A stretch of DNA of 64,000 nucleotides from Rhizaria sp. SCN 62-66 (Eukaryota): NCBI GenBank assembly GCA_001724265.1, contig MEDY01000056.1:1-64000 (forward strand). Reading direction: 5' to 3'. Shown here in pieces: positions 23,272 through 36,810 of the stretch (the first letter of the stretch is position 1; every line of letters starts with the position of its first letter). The position numbers and the translations under genes are program-made. Under the pieces are notes generated by a model. The model was not told the origin of the DNA and searched no databases. It saw only the letters and a list, made by a program, of their open reading frames with translations.

Positions 23272-24470
23272 GCTCGTAAAATCAGTAAGATATATCACGA
23301 TCAAAGTTATATTACTACTATCACGACTATGTAGGGACAGCACGCTCGCTGCACTATAGTGACACTAAACGAGAACATATAATGGGCGAGCACAATGATC
23401 GCACCAAAAACCACTAACGCGGGACGGGAAAGCTTCGGGTGGCTTTGTTGTCACATGTTGGCTTCCCGCTCTAAACTCGTCAATTGCGCTATCACAGCGC
23501 ACAATAATGGTTTCATATGGTACTCGTATCCTATTAAAGCAAACATATTTTTCATATTTCGATACATTAACCCTTCAAACTGACAAACAAACTCTGTGTG
23601 TGACGATGACTATGGTATTTGCTGTTTATCTTATGATTTTCCACAATGATTGAAAATCATCGGCAGGTTTCGAGACCTTTTTCATAGAAAACACACTGGG
23701 CCTCGGACAATATAACTGTTTTGTCTTCAAATATAATGAACATGGCTAGAAACCACCTCACAATTACGCGTTTCAGCGAGCGAGAAGGAAGCATGTGACT
23801 CGCCAACAAGCATTTCACGCAAAAAAGCCTTGAGCGTGCGTGAGTTAGACAATTAGTACCAGTACAAGAAGTTAGAATTCTATCTTATGATTTGGATATA
23901 ACTTTCCGATATGGTTGTATTGTATGTTGTCAGTGTCAGTAAGAATATTCGGGTCTTTCGAATCCACGTAATTACTCTTTGATGTAAGCGACGGTCTAAG
24001 GGAGGCGCGCCAAGAAGCCGCAACACCGCATTCGTTGGATCCATGTAGCTCATACAGGAATAATAAGAATATGATTATGTCCCCAATCTGCATCAGTGAA
24101 GTTATTCCGTACATCTGGGTTGTTTTCAATGCTAAGTCATTTGTGGAATATTGATTCTCTTTGTAAAGCAGCGTTATAATGTCGCCGAAAAGTTCAGAGG
24201 AAAGACCTGGAACAGGTCTGAAAGAACATCCAAACATTATCCAACTTGTCCAGCCTCTCCCTAAACCTTCTCTTCGACCTACAACATCTGGAGGTGTAAA
24301 CGCATTACACACTACCGTCAATAGCTTGTTTTCGAACTGAGCTATTAATATCCACAACTGCACAAGTTGCGCCTCTCTACGGTAACTTATAGCACGCAAA
24401 CAAACTCTTACCCTGTGTCATTGCCTCTTTGAAACCCGCCGTTCTTTGCATTTCAAACAGACTAACTAAC

Positions 24471-25074
24471 ATGGCCACTACCAACCAGGCTTGGAAGCAC
24501 ATCATGACGAACGAGCTTTGTACGTAACCGGAACATTGAATCCCTCTCTCGAGTTCCTGACCCTATCAATACCTCAATGTGATGCAATCAAGATGCTTTT
24601 CACCGCGCTTCTTAAATTGAATTGTAAGGCAAATTGCGCGCAGCAACTTGTGCTTCCAGCAGGTAACAATGTTATTTGGCTCATTCATTCATTTTTTGCA
24701 CTTTTTCTCCTTCCGATATATCCTCTTCCATTCACTGTGCCCTTTGTTTTTACATCGCTCTCCAAACAGGCGGCTGCTTATCCGACTGCAGCTCGTGCTT
24801 TATGGCCATCTGCGTGCCCTGCTGCCTGGCTGGCTCGAACCAGGGCAAGATCGGCAACTCGTGCTTCCTCGGGTGCCTCTGCTACGGCTGTTGCGCTGGC
24901 TGCCAGCGCTCCAACATCCAGAACGCGCTTGGCGTGCCCGACAACGGCTGCTGCCTCAACTGCTGCATCCACATTTTTTGCGACTGCTGCGCGCTCACGC
25001 AGGAGGCGCGCGCCATCAACGCGTGGATCCTCGCCGGTAAGCCCGCCTCCGTCCCGGGCGCGCAGGCCATGTAA
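24471..25074 (+). CDS. PLAC8/cornifelin-family Cys-rich protein, copy 1 (117 aa); exons 24471-24519, 24770-25074
   Basis: Spliced product reads W....LCGCLSDCSSCFMAICVPCC...RSNIQNALGV....CC.HIFCDCCALTQEARAI, a PLAC8 pattern. Phase-1 intron GTACGT..CAG. Stop TAA. Confidence 0.85.
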
Positions 25075-26082
25075 GGTAAGGTGCCACAGTCTCATACCCT
25101 GCCCCCCCTTGCTCCCTGCCACTGGCAGCAGCCTCCACAGCACTCTTGCGCGCCTCATCTTCCTCGCAGAATACGCGCCTGCACGTCTGCGGATCTCAAT
25201 GTAAGCATATCTGTCTGCGTTCTGCCGACAAACACATTGGTATGTGGCGAAGACGGGCCTGGATCTTCGTGATGTCCAGCACTTCTGGTCATAGATCAAC
25301 ATCACCAAGTTTAGAGATTTGCAAATATTAGACGATGCCATTACGTCCGCGTGATACTGAAATCCTGTCCTCATCACATGCAGGTATGACATAGGTATCT
25401 GCGCTTTTACGGGATTCCGATTCAAATCGTGATTGTGGTGGGACAAACGAGATTTTCATCAGTCAGAAATTCGCACTAGGTACGCCTCGAAAAAGTTGAT
25501 GAAAAATACATATCTCGCAATGACATAATATCAATTATATTTTCGCTATCTTAGTCTTTCTGAAATAGACTTATGTGTAGATAAATCCGATGATTTCTTG
25601 CTGGGCGAGGCTTTGCAGCCGTTTCTCCTCGTGTAAGGGCCTCAACTCGGAAATTGATCTGGTCTAAGGGGCAGTCTTGGCAAATTCGCCAAAACCTCTC
25701 TCTTCACCTGTTGTGCCCATCAATGGCGATCAAGAAACTTTCTTGGCAACTCTGCATCATGCAAAGATATTCTTCTTTTTAATCTTGCGCTCTGTCCGCG
25801 TCGTAAGGCGATCGTGCAGACTAAATTTGTCGATGGCGCTCCCAGCCGGCCCAGCCGCAGGTGTCCGCGCCCTTCTTTGACTCAATTTACCCACTTCTGT
25901 CGGAGTAGACATGCGACTCTATTCTTTCTCAAGCTTTTTTGTTGACTGAAGGACCTACTGCAGAATGTCTGCTTCTTTGTAGTGGGTTTTTCTACTCAAA
26001 CAAGACCTCACCTAATCTCCCTCCTACCCCACGTCTGTTCCTTGGCCTGCCGTTTCCCCTCTTTTTGCTTTAGAACTCAACA

Positions 26083-26647
26083 ATGTCCACCACCCAGGCT
26101 TGGAAGACCATCATGATGAACGACCTCTGTACGTCATACATCTTTTTTAAAGCCCCTCGCTGCTTTTCTTTCTTTGTAAACCCCCTTTCCGACCCGTCCA
26201 ATATTCAAATTACCAGGTTGACTGGTTAACTGCCTCCTCGCTACCCGGCTCCCTTTCATTTTTTTCCGACTCTGGCCCTTTTTTTTTTTCATTTTTCTTT
26301 CTTCTGACCCTGCGTATTGTCTCTTTTCTTGACCATCCTTAGGCGGCTGCTGCTCCGACTGCGGCTCCTGCTGCATGTCCATGCTCTTCGGCTGCTGCCT
26401 TGCCGGCTCCAACCAGGAGAAGATTGGCCATTCGTGCTTCCTCTCGTGCATCTGCTACGGCTGCTGCGCTGGCTGCCAGCGCTCGAACATCCAGAACGCT
26501 CTTGGTGTTCCGGACAACGGCTGCTGCATGAACTGCTGCATCCACATCTTCTGCGGCTGCTGCGCCCGTGCTCAGGAGGCCCGTGCCCTCAACGCGTGGA
26601 TCCTCGCCGGCAAGCCCGCCCCCATCCCCGGCGCCCAGGCTATGTAA
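26083..26647 (+). CDS. PLAC8/cornifelin-family Cys-rich protein, copy 2 (116 aa); exons 26083-26128, 26343-26647
   Basis: Close paralogue of copy 1 with the same intron position and phase (GTACGT..TAG). Stop TAA. Confidence 0.85.
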
Positions 26648-27196
26648 GTTGCCTAAGGTCCACATCCCTTCGTACCCTTAGCTGCTTTTGCTCCTCTGCG
26701 ACCCCCCTAGCGCTGCGCGCGCGTCACAAGATCTAACTGTCCTGTGTGCGTGAGCTTCCCTCTTCGATGGTCCTCGCCAGTGTACTTGTTGTGTCGTGTT
26801 GTGTCGTGTTCTCTCCAATCCTCGTGTGATCCGACTTTTCCCTCCCCTGATCTCTGTGCTTGTGATGCCTATTCCAAATGAGCGTTTTCTTTCTCCTCGT
26901 TACGCCCCCCTCGCGCTCTCCAGTCTGTTTGGCTTGTGGTAACTCATCACTTCGTGTGACTGACTGCTTGCTTGCTGTCGGACACGACGTAATCCGATGT
27001 GGCGTCTGCGACGACTTTTAACGTAATACAATTTGCGCATTTGCCTACAACTTTTTTCCAATCATTTTCTATTTGTGCAACGACTTGTCGTTGTTTGTTG
27101 TGAATTGATACATACTGATAACAATTGTTGATTGTATTGGACTAAGTAACTCGTATCTGTTTAACTCTCAAAATTACGACCGGTTGCCTCACTGCC

Positions 27197-28456
27197 TCAC
27201 TGCTGCTGCTGTGACAGCTGTTGCTGCTCCTGCTGCAGCCTCTTGCGGGCCAGAAACCGCTCCCGCGCGGCCGCCGCACCGCCGCCGCCTGCAGCCGACT
27301 GCTGCTCACAGTCACCGCCGGCCAGCCCACGGCCGCCCCCATGGCCACCCCCACGGCCACCCGCAGCGTCACCAGCGCCGAGGCGGGCCCAGGCGGCCTC
27401 GGCGGCGGCGGAGTCGGCCGCGGGGAGCGCGGTCAGCACGCCCACCGCGCCCAGGCCACTCGCGCCGTGCAGCAGCGCACTTCCATCGCCGCTGGCGCTC
27501 GCGCTGGCGCTCGCGCTGAGACGAGGACTACTGTCGCAGCCGCCGCTGCTTGCGAGGCGGCTGCGTTTGGCATCGTGAGCGACGTCGGCGTCCCGGCCGT
27601 CGGCAACGCTGCTGTGGGTGCCGCTTTTGTTCTTGTCAGTGATGTGATTGCCGTTGCTGCCTTCGTTTTCCCACAGCTTCAGCTCTTCCAGCCTCTTCTT
27701 GTACGCACTCGTGACAAAGCGCGGCTTAACTTCCGTCGCTCCGGCCGCCTCGGCCGCCGCGTCCTCCCTCGCCCGCTCCCGCAGCGCCGCCCGCTCCTTG
27801 ATCAGCTCTTTCTCACGCGCTTTGCGTTCGCTGCTCTCCTTGATGGCGCCCAGAAATCGCGGCCCACCCGCGGCGGCCTCGGCGGCGGCCGCGTCGCGCG
27901 CGCTGCGGGCCGCCGCGCGGGCCAGTGCCGCGGCCTCGGCAGCGGACGCGTAGTCGAACACGGAGGGGTCCTCGGCGAGAGCTGCCGCGGCCGCCGCTGT
28001 GAGCTTCAAGCTACCCGCACCCGCACTCGCACTGGTCGCGCTTATACTGCTACTGGTGTCGGCTCTGGTACTCGCGGTCACGCTAGACGCGTCCGTTAAA
28101 GCGCTGACAGCGTTTGCGGCGCTCGCCGAGGCAGCGGGTGCTGCCTGCTTTTTGGCGGCTTCCATGATGCGTTTGTTGACTGCAGCAATGTCGGCGCGCA
28201 TGCCGCCGCCACTGCTTGCTGTGCCACTCTTTGCGTCATCGCCGTCGTCGTCGTCCGAGTCGCCGCCAAAGGCTGAGGTCACGGAGGGCTTCTTGGCAGC
28301 ACCAGTGGCAGCAGTGGTCGCGGCAGCGACCTTGGCTCCGAAGGCGACGGAGACGCCAGCGGGTTTAGCGGCAGCAGAAAAACTAACTGCAGGCTTAGCG
28401 CTCGCGGCCGCGGCAGCCGGCTTACCAAGGGAGATAGAGAAACCGGTGGGACGCAT
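27197..28456 (-). CDS. NSRP1: Nuclear speckle splicing regulatory protein 1-like (CCDC55/DUF2040), 419 aa
   Basis: ALAEDPSVFDY...PRFLGAIKESSERKAREKELIKER...RFVTSAYKKRLEE, and C-terminal AARERFLARK. First ATG 28456. Stop TGA. Confidence 0.82.
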   Translation of the reverse strand: MRPTGFSISLGKPAAAAASAKPAVSFSAAAKPAGVSVAFGAKVAAATTAATGAAKKPSVTSAFGGDSDDDDGDDAKSGTASSGGGMRADIAAVNKRIMEAAKKQAAPAASASAANAVSALTDASSVTASTRADTSSSISATSASAGAGSLKLTAAAAAALAEDPSVFDYASAAEAAALARAAARSARDAAAAEAAAGGPRFLGAIKESSERKAREKELIKERAALRERAREDAAAEAAGATEVKPRFVTSAYKKRLEELKLWENEGSNGNHITDKNKSGTHSSVADGRDADVAHDAKRSRLASSGGCDSSPRLSASASASASGDGSALLHGASGLGAVGVLTALPAADSAAAEAAWARLGAGDAAGGRGGGHGGGRGLAGGDCEQQSAAGGGGAAAARERFLARKRLQQEQQQLSQQQQ

Positions 28457-29104
28457 TCGAGTGATATTTGTGCGCTGCACAGCAGGGTTTAGTGGAGATG
28501 AGCCTCTGTTATGAATAGGTTCGAGTCTGCACAAGAGAGGATATGCTCGACTATCAGCGTTTTAGAGACAGAGATAAGCACGCCAGAATACCTACACTAA
28601 TGTTTCATGCAATCACATTATGGGTACACACAGTGAGTTAATTGTGTTGCAGAACATAGCATGAAATGAATGTTGACACAAGAACATCACCACTCGCGAA
28701 CGACATTGGAGAAGTCTTGCACGGGAGGCAATAGAGAGAAATCAAGACATATAGCAAGAGTATCACAGAGAAACTAGAGGGATACGCATGATATTCGCAT
28801 GCAACGCACTTTGACGTTCATTTGACTGTTATCAAGTGACTCATTTTTCAGGACCATTCCTCGCTTGCTCAACGGCTTGTTGCTTCGTTTGCAGCCAAGC
28901 TCAAGTCACCTTAATTACGGTTTCAATTTAGAGGCAACCAGAGTTATGTCCAATATAGAGAATGTTTATTCTAATCCAAATGTTATAAATATTAACTCGA
29001 ATCTTGCACACCACCGATTCAACTTGTTCAATAACAGATCATAATCTTCAACTTCGTTTGAGTTAAGGGTAACGAAAGTTGCTATTGCGGCGAGTGTGTC
29101 CCAG

Positions 29105-29590
29105 TCAGTTCTTGCCATGGCCAGACTGTTGCTGCTGCTGCTGTTGCGCCTGGTACGCGTCGCCCAGCGCGTTCACGCTGCGCCGCAGCGCGTTGTAGGC
29201 CTCGACGAGCGCCGCCACGTCCGCCACCCGCAGCGCCGCTGCGTCCACGGTCCCGTCCGCCTCGGCGCCGGCAAACTGAGTGCCTGAGGCGGGCAGAGCG
29301 GGGGGCGGGACGGCGACGGCTGCGGCCACGGCCGATAGCAGCGCGGCGGACACTGTCGGCACACCAGCAGCATTTGCAGACGCAGACACAGACGCAGTCG
29401 CAGCGCTGGCAGGCTTGGCAGCGGCGGCCGCGGCGAAAGGGGAGCCGGGGCCCTTGGCGCCCTTGGCGTAGCTCCCAGCCTTGTCACTCCTCTGTGTCTG
29501 CGGCTGAGGAGTGAGCTTGTGTGGGCTTGTCTTGCCCTGGACCGCGGGCGGCGGCGGAGACAAGAGCGACAGGTCCTCGTCGATCGCCGC

Positions 29591-29622
<32 letters not shown>

Positions 29623-32600
29623 CCTCAGCGGCGGCGTCCGCGGCGACGTCAGCCGCGTAGTCGTGGCTCGTGCTGCCGTCGTCTAAGGGAGCACTTAGAT
29701 TAGCGGTTGCGACGACAGCGTCACTCTGCTGCTGCTTAGTACTGCTACTTTCCTTCTCTTCCTTCTGCTTTTGCGTCTGCTTTTGCGCCTGCGCCTGCGA
29801 TTGCTGCGTCTCTTGCTTGATCTGCTGCGTCTCTTGCTTGATCTGACGCTGTTGCTGGCTACCCGACTTGCCCTGTTGTTGCTGCTGCGCCCTCTTCTGC
29901 TCCTGCTCTGCCTCCAGCTCGAGCTCCTTCCGCTCCGCCTCGGCGGCCTGCGCGTTGAGCGCAATCTCGCCCTCCACTCCGCTCTCCAGCACCTCTCGGT
30001 CGTACTCGGCCAGCGCGATGAGGCTTTTTTCGGTCCACTCGCGCTCGGCGACGGTGAAGGAGGCGCGCTTGGCGGTGCGGAGGAACTCGACGGCGGAGCA
30101 GAGCTGCGTGAAGTAGTAGTCGGGCTCGCCCGTCAGCCGCGACGGCGCGCGCGCGCACGCGATGTACGCGATCGACAAGTTGAGCCGCGGGAGCTGCGCC
30201 CGCAGCAGCGTGAGGATAAAGAGGGGCACGAAGTTGTCGGCGCCGGAGCCGATGCCGATGCTGGCACTGCGGCCCACCGCCTCGGCCTCGGCCTCGGTCT
30301 CAGCAGCACCAGCAGTACCAGCAGCAGCAGCAGTTGCAGTTGCAGCCGCGGTAGCGGAGGTGGCGTCTGCGTCTGCGTCTGCGTCAGCGGCAGCTTTAGA
30401 GGCGGCGGCCTCGGAGCCAGCGGCGGCGGCGGCGGCGGCGGCGACGGCTGCGGCGGCCGTGGCCTTGGTGGCGTCATTGGCGGCGACCGCGGCGGCGACG
30501 GCGGCGGCGGCGGCCTTGGTCGCGGACTCGTTGTGCAACACCACGCCCGCCTCGGAGCTGGATCTGTTGTTGATGCTCATGTTCACGCCCGCGCCCGCGC
30601 CCGCGCCGCTGTTGGGGTTCACGGGGTTCGCGGTGGAGCCGGGCGCGGTGAGGTCGTAGAAGACGTCGCTGTCGCCGCCGCTGCTCTTGAACGAGCCTAG
30701 CTGCTGCGGCGGCAGCGCCCCACCCGCACCCGCACCCGCACCCGCACCGGCGCTAAAGCCAGCTTCGGTCGTTGAAGCAGACGAGGCGTCGGCAGCCGGC
30801 GCGTTGTGACTCGTGGCGGTGACGACAGCGGCCGCGGCGGTACTCGCGGCCTCCGCGGCGACCTTGGCAGCCGCAGTGGCGGCCTGCGCCTCAGCGGCCG
30901 CCGCGGCCGCCGCGGCGTCTGCGCTGGCCTTCTTGGCCTTGCGCTTGCGCTCGCGGGCCTCAACCCTGCGCATGAGCGAGACGATGACGCGGCACGCGTT
31001 GAGGATGCACTGCAGCTTGTCGGCGGGTGTCTTGAACGTCTCCATGCCGCGCAGCTCGCCCGCGGCGACGGCGAAGGCCGCCTCGTCCCAGTACTCAACC
31101 GGGATGTCCAGATGGCGCGGCTGCACCCAGCTCAGCCGCGCGAGCGCGCGGCCCACGCGCGCGGCCTCGAGCGCCTCGGCCGCGTCCACGGGCGCCATGA
31201 GCCGCGGGTACAGCTTCGTGATGGCAAACTTCTCCAGCGACTCGACCATGTTCTCCAGCTCCGCGGGGCCCGCACCCGCCCATGCCGGGTGCGCAGTCAG
31301 CTCCGCAGCCAGCTGCGCCAGCGCCGCGTGCAGCCGCGCGCACAGTTGCGGGCGCGGGACGGCCGCGGGATCCGTCTCGGCGAGGTCGGCGACGAGCCGC
31401 TTGAGGCGCCGCGTGTACTCGCCTGCGCCGCCCGTGCGCATGCGGTTCGCGAAGTCGGTGTAGGTGTAGCTGGGCCGCATCGGGTGCATCTGCAGCTGCA
31501 GCTGCTGCTGGAGCTGCTGCTGCTGGTGGTGGTCACTCGAGGCTGCTAGCACAGACGAACCGCTAGCGCCGGCACCGGCGCTGGCGCTGGCGCCGGGGAA
31601 GCCGGGCGAGGGCTGGAAGGGTGGCGACGCGGGGGAGCCGGGCGCCGGCCCGTCGCCGTTGCCGTTGCTTGTGGTGGCGGGCGGCGTGGCCGAGGGCGCG
31701 CGGGAGAAGCGGGCGAAGAAGGACGACGCGAGCGACGGAGCCGCCGCCCCCGCTGCCGAGCTCGCACTAGCGCTGGAGTCGGCGGAGGCGGCGGCGGCGG
31801 CGGCGGTGGGGGAGGCGGACGGGAGCAGCGGCGGTGACGGCGACTGAGAGTGCGACTGAGACTGAGAGCGAGACTGAGAGTGCGACGACACAGCGCTAGC
31901 GTTGGCAGTGGCTGAGTCGCCGACAGCAGCGGTGTCGGTGTGACGGGATGACGCCGATGCAGTGACGGTGGAAGCGCCTGTGCCAGCGCCAGCGGAAGCG
32001 GTCGCTGGCCCCATTTGCGTCGCACTGCTAGTGCCGCTGTTGTCCCCGGCAGCGGTGGCGGCCAGACTGGACGCACTCGCGCTGCCGCTGAGCGCGGCTG
32101 CGCTGTTGCCGGCCGAGTCGGCGAGCGGGGTGTCGTCACCGGTGAGCTTGACGGCGCTGCCCTGCGACGCGAACGGGTTCAGGTAGTCGAGAAACCTCAC
32201 AAGGCCTCCACCATTGCCACCAGTACTGCCGCTGCCGCTGCCGTTGCCGCTGTTGCTGTTGTTGGGGCCACCGGGAGTGGCAAAGCCCGAGCTGGAGCCC
32301 GCAGCGGGTGAGGGCAGGGCCGCAGGGTCCGAAGACCCCCCGGCCGCCGTGACCGAAGCATTGGAGTTTGCGTTGGAGGCGGAGAGAGTGGGGGAGAGGG
32401 TGGCGACCGAGAGGGGCGTGCCTGCACCGGCAGTGGCGCTGGCGCTGAGGCCGAGGGGCTGGGAGGCAAGCTTTGCGGCCGAGGCGGACACCGAGGGGGA
32501 CGACTGCGTGGTGTCGAGTGCGGGGGGCCGCATGGACGCGCGTACAGTACTGTGACACGAAGGAGGGGAGCGAATGACGAGATGAAAAATGCGAGCTTTA

Positions 32601-32671
32601 ACAATATTATTCGGGAGATATGCGCTAAAAAGTCAAACGAAAAGGTACACGTACGCGTTGTCGGTGGACAT
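29105..32671 (-). CDS. VPS9-domain Rab5 guanine nucleotide exchange factor (Rabex-5/VPS9a-like), 1153 aa; exons 32671-32655, 32549-29105
   Basis: Helical bundle (ESLEKFAITKLY) plus VPS9 motifs FKTPADKLQCILNACRVI, GADNFVPLFIL and SRLTGEPDYYFTQLCSAVEFL. A 17-nt first exon (MSTDNA) splices in frame through GTACGT..CAG intron 32550-32654. Stop TGA. Confidence 0.88.
29802..29845. repeat. Perfect 21-nt tandem duplication encoding QIKQETQ x2 in the VPS9 gene
   Basis: tgctgcgtctcttgcttgatc occurs twice in direct tandem. Confidence 0.85.
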
Positions 32672-33336
32672 GTCGAGCAGCGCAGCAAGGCGGGGCTGTT
32701 GCGGGACTGTGTATTGTCCGAGAGTGGAGAGTCGGCTGGGGGATGAGACGAGAGCAAGGGGAAGTGGTAAGGGCTGCGTCAGCACACGGGTTTCGCGCGA
32801 CAAACGCATCGGCAAATAAAACAACAAATCAATACACTATCAACGCACACAAGGCACCCACAAACGCGTTGTTGACGGAGGTTTCAACGCTAGAGACGCA
32901 TGGGCAGCCAAGAATTCGATGTCGACCACATGTCAGATTTGGGGCATCGTCTTCTCGGCCAGTCTGGCTGGTGGTGGCTGGCCAGTTTGGCGCCTGTCGA
33001 TTTGAGAAGCCACTTTTCGGGCGGGTGGATTCTGGCGTGAAGTTGGTCTATTATGGAAATATAACACATGAAATAGTGAAAACACTGGCGGGAGTGCTAC
33101 CGATTTTGAGTGTAGCACATTTAACGGAAACTTGACTCACCACCAACTCTATTTTTGTGGCCTTCAGCTTCTTCAACTCTCCCAAGCAGCGGAGCACCCT
33201 CCGCGTCGCTGGGTCACTGATTTCTCCCCCTTGCAGAGCTCCTGCCCTTCTCTTGGCCACCCGCGCCCTTTACAGAGCCGCAGACCCGCGCGCTCCAGCG
33301 GCTGCGTCTGATAACCGCTCGCAACACACTCACAGC

Positions 33337-36300
33337 ATGACTCTTGCTCGTCGCTCTCTCGCGCAGCCGAGGCCGCGTCCGCTGTCGCTGTCGCCGCTGC
33401 TGCTGTTGCCGCTGCTGCTGCCCCTGCTCCTGCTCCTGGCGGCCCCAGCGCTGGCGCAGTACAGCTTCGAGGTGCCCTCGACGTGCCCCACCACGACGAC
33501 CTTCTTCGACACGACGGCCTACCAGTGCTCCGCCTGCCCCCCCAACCAGGTCGCCACGGGCCTCCAGTCCCCCGCGTGCGCCTGCCAGCCCGGCTGGGCA
33601 GCCTCCCCCGGCGCCGCCTCGTGCACCGAGTGCGTCGCGCCGCTCGTCCCGCGCCGCGGCGGGGCCAGCGGCTGCCTGGCCTGCGACGGCGTCACCGCGA
33701 CCTACGATGCAGCCGCGCTCGACTGCGTCTGCGCCAACGCCGCGCTCGTGCTGGTGGAGACCACCGCGTCGGGCGCCCCGCTCGCCGCCAAGCAGTGTGT
33801 GTTGTGCCCCGCCAATGCCATCGTCTCGGACACGGACCCGTACGCCTGCGTCGCCTGCGACGACCCCCTGATGACGCGCAACGCCGCCGCGCCCTACGCT
33901 TGCGGCTGCCCCACAGGTTACACCCTCGTCGGCACGACCCCCTACAGCCGCTGCCTGCCCGCGAGCTCGCTTTCCACGCTGCGCACGTCGTACCCGCCCG
34001 CACAGGTGTCGCAGATCTCCTACCCGGCGGTCCGCAGCACCGACTCGGGCGACGCGCGCGCCGTGACGGTCTTCTCACCTCTGCTCGCTCAGTGGTTCGA
34101 TCCCTCGGCGCTGGCCTGCAAGGGGCTGCTCGATGCGACCATGACGGCCGCCGCCGTTGCCACGGCCGTGCGGACCGCGTGCCAGACGGCTGTGAACCTG
34201 TGCGTGCTGGCCATGAGCAACATGGCGCATCCGGCCTGCCGCTTCGTGCAGACGCACACACTCACCATCTCCGACGTAGTGTGGGGCTTCTCCGACTGGC
34301 GCCAGAGCATGCCCTTCTCCTTCTACTCCGACGCGCCCACCGCGCTCGACAATGGCGACATTGCGACCACGGTCGCGCTCACGGGGGCCAACGCGGCGGA
34401 CCTCTCGCGCCAGTCGCGGCTGTCGTACCGGCTACAGACGTTCGCGCTCAACGGCACGCTGCTCGCGTCCACGGTCCTCGCCACCGAGCTGCACCTGTGC
34501 CCCGCCGTCGTCGCCTTTGCCAGCAGCGGCCTCACTTCCAGCGGCACCGCCGCCACCAGCGCCACGGGCGCGGACGTGGACATGACGTCGACGCGGTTCC
34601 TCAACGTCGGCGCGACGTACGAGTCGTCGTGCACGCTCGAGCTGCTACCGCTCGCCGAGGGTCTCCGAGACGCGGATCCGGTCTTCTACGAGCTCTTCTT
34701 CACCGACACGGGCGGCCGCTGGTACCCGGTCCCCGTGCTCGTCAAGGACCTGCGCGACGGCTCGCTCACCTACAACACAGACGTCTCGGTGTCCGCGCGC
34801 GTCGACAACACGCGCACGCGCGTGCTGCGCCGCTTCTTCCTCGCTGACGGCGCCGCGACCGCGCCGTCAACGGGCGCGCTCCCGGCGGTGCTGACGTACG
34901 CCAAGCGGGTCACCCTGCGCGTCACCATGCGGTCAGGCTCGGTGCAGAAAATCAAGCCGCCCGTGCTGGTGCTCGAGTACGCCTCGCGCCTGCAGGCCGA
35001 CTACTCCTCGGCCTCGACCTCGCGGCGGCGCGCCGCGCTGTCGTTCTCGCAGCAGTACGTCAAAGGCCTCGGCTCCGCGGCCGTTGCGGCGTACGTCATG
35101 TTCGCGCTCATCATGGTCTGGGTCATCCTCATCTGGATCGTCAAGCTCATCGTGCTCGCCAACAAGGAGCGCGCGGGCGGCATGGGCCTCGGCGCCGTCA
35201 TGGCCGTGTTCGCGCAGCTGCTCGGCATCTGGGGCGAGTGGGCCTTCTGGCTCGTCTTCGCTTTCGCGACGTACCTCTTCATCTTCTTCAAGGGCCAGGA
35301 TGAGGTCCACGTGCTCATGCCTGTGCCGCCCAAGTCCGTCTTTGGGCTCTGCTTCGGGCCCTTCCTCATCACCGCGACGGTCTGCTGCCTCATTGCGCTC
35401 ATCGTGCGCGTGTACCGGCAGATCTCCGTCGACGTGCTCTTCATCGACTGGGAGGCGCCGCCGCCCACCTCGGCCTACGGTCACAACGCCGGCGGCGGCG
35501 GCGGCGGGGGCTCGCTGGGCTCGGTCTCGGCGTGGCGCAAGGTGTTGGTGGCGAACAAGTGGCAGTCGCTGCAGGCGCGACGCGTCATCGCGCTTGCGCC
35601 GACGCTATGTGTGCTGCTCTTCCTGCTCTACGGCGTCGGGCTCGAGGGGCTCAGCACGGCGCAGCCAGACGGCGGGAACCTCTCGGCCGACGCCGCGCCC
35701 ATCGACCCCATCCTGCGCTTTTTCGTCACCTCGGTCATTTTCCTCGGGCTGGCCGGGCTGCAGCGCGCGTTCGCGTCCGTGGTCACGGACTGCTTCGTCC
35801 CGCGGCCCACGACGCAGTTCCTCGACCTGCTGTCGTCGACCAACATCTCATGCTGCATCTTCGACGCCAAGCACCACATGTTCTACCTCCACGGGCAGAC
35901 GGTGCACGCGCGCGCTGACGCCAGCATGGAGGAGCTGCACCGACAGCTGTTGCGCGAGCGCCGCAACTGGGTCCACTCGCGCGGGCTCGTCGCCGAGGAG
36001 TCCAGCTTCTCGGTGTTTCTCACGCCGGCCTTCCGCGGGCACTACGACGCTGAGTACGGGGCGGTGCTCCACAGGCACCAGCAGATGTGGCAGCGTCAGG
36101 TACGGCAATGACGCGTGATCGCTAACTATTTTTTGTCTCATGTTTTGTTGCTTTGTCGCATTTTGTCAACTTATGTCTCTTATTATATCGAACCTCACAT
36201 GTTTCACTTTGTTTCCACCTTCGCAATTCAGGGCGCTCGCGCGCAGGCCGCGGCGGGCGACTTCGGCGCCGGCAACTCGAGCGTCGAGATGGGCGATCGC

Positions 36301-36810
36301 GCGCGCCGCGGCCTTAACGCGGGCCCGGCGACCGGCCTCGACCTCTCGATGGTCGTCGAAGACGAGCTGGTGCGCGCGCACACTGCGCTCAACCGGTTCC
36401 TGATCAACTTCATCGACAAGAACGACCCCAGCCACCCGTGGGAGTACGCTACGCGGTCCTTCTTCGGGCGCAAGATGGACTTTCCGCCCGTGGCGCCGCC
36501 CGCCGTGGTCGCCGGCCCCAACGGCTCGATCGCGATGCCCAACGGCGCGTTCCCGGTGCAGAACACGACGCTCTTCGCGGCCGACCCCGACCACGGCTTC
36601 GCGGCCGCGGCAACGCTGCTGGGGCTGGAGCACCACCTGCTCATGGTCGACGTGCTGCTGCTTGCGCTGTTCGAGTGGGCCTTCGACAACACGCTCGCGG
36701 GCGTGCTGGTGTGCTACGTCGTCGACGGGATCATCGTCTGGGTACGGGGCAGGCTCAGTCGCGTCAACGCGTCGCGCAAGACGATGATCGACGAACGGTT
36801 TATGGTGTGA
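33337..36810 (+). CDS. TMEM67: Meckelin (TMEM67/MKS3), ciliary transition-zone protein, 1113 aa; exons 33337-36099, 36232-36810
   Basis: Signal peptide, Cys-rich domain, ACQTAVNLCVL, YPVPVLV, RRFFL.D, YLFIFFKGQ, QISVDVLFIDWE, VSAWRKVLVANKWQSLQ, FLDLLSSTNIS, FYLHG...H..AD.SM, terminal KTMIDERFMV. Intron 36100-36231 (GTACGG..CAG). Stop TGA. Confidence 0.93.

Noticed and set aside
23872-24399. 175-aa AT-rich minus-strand ORF (possible foreign gene or mobile element remnant)
   Set aside because: TTG start, composition of intergenic DNA, no recognisable motif, no terminal repeats seen.
28470-28535. GGTTCGAGTC T-loop-like sequence, checked as a possible suppressor tRNA
   Set aside because: No acceptor, D or anticodon stems could be folded around it. 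No tRNA was recognised anywhere in the window.
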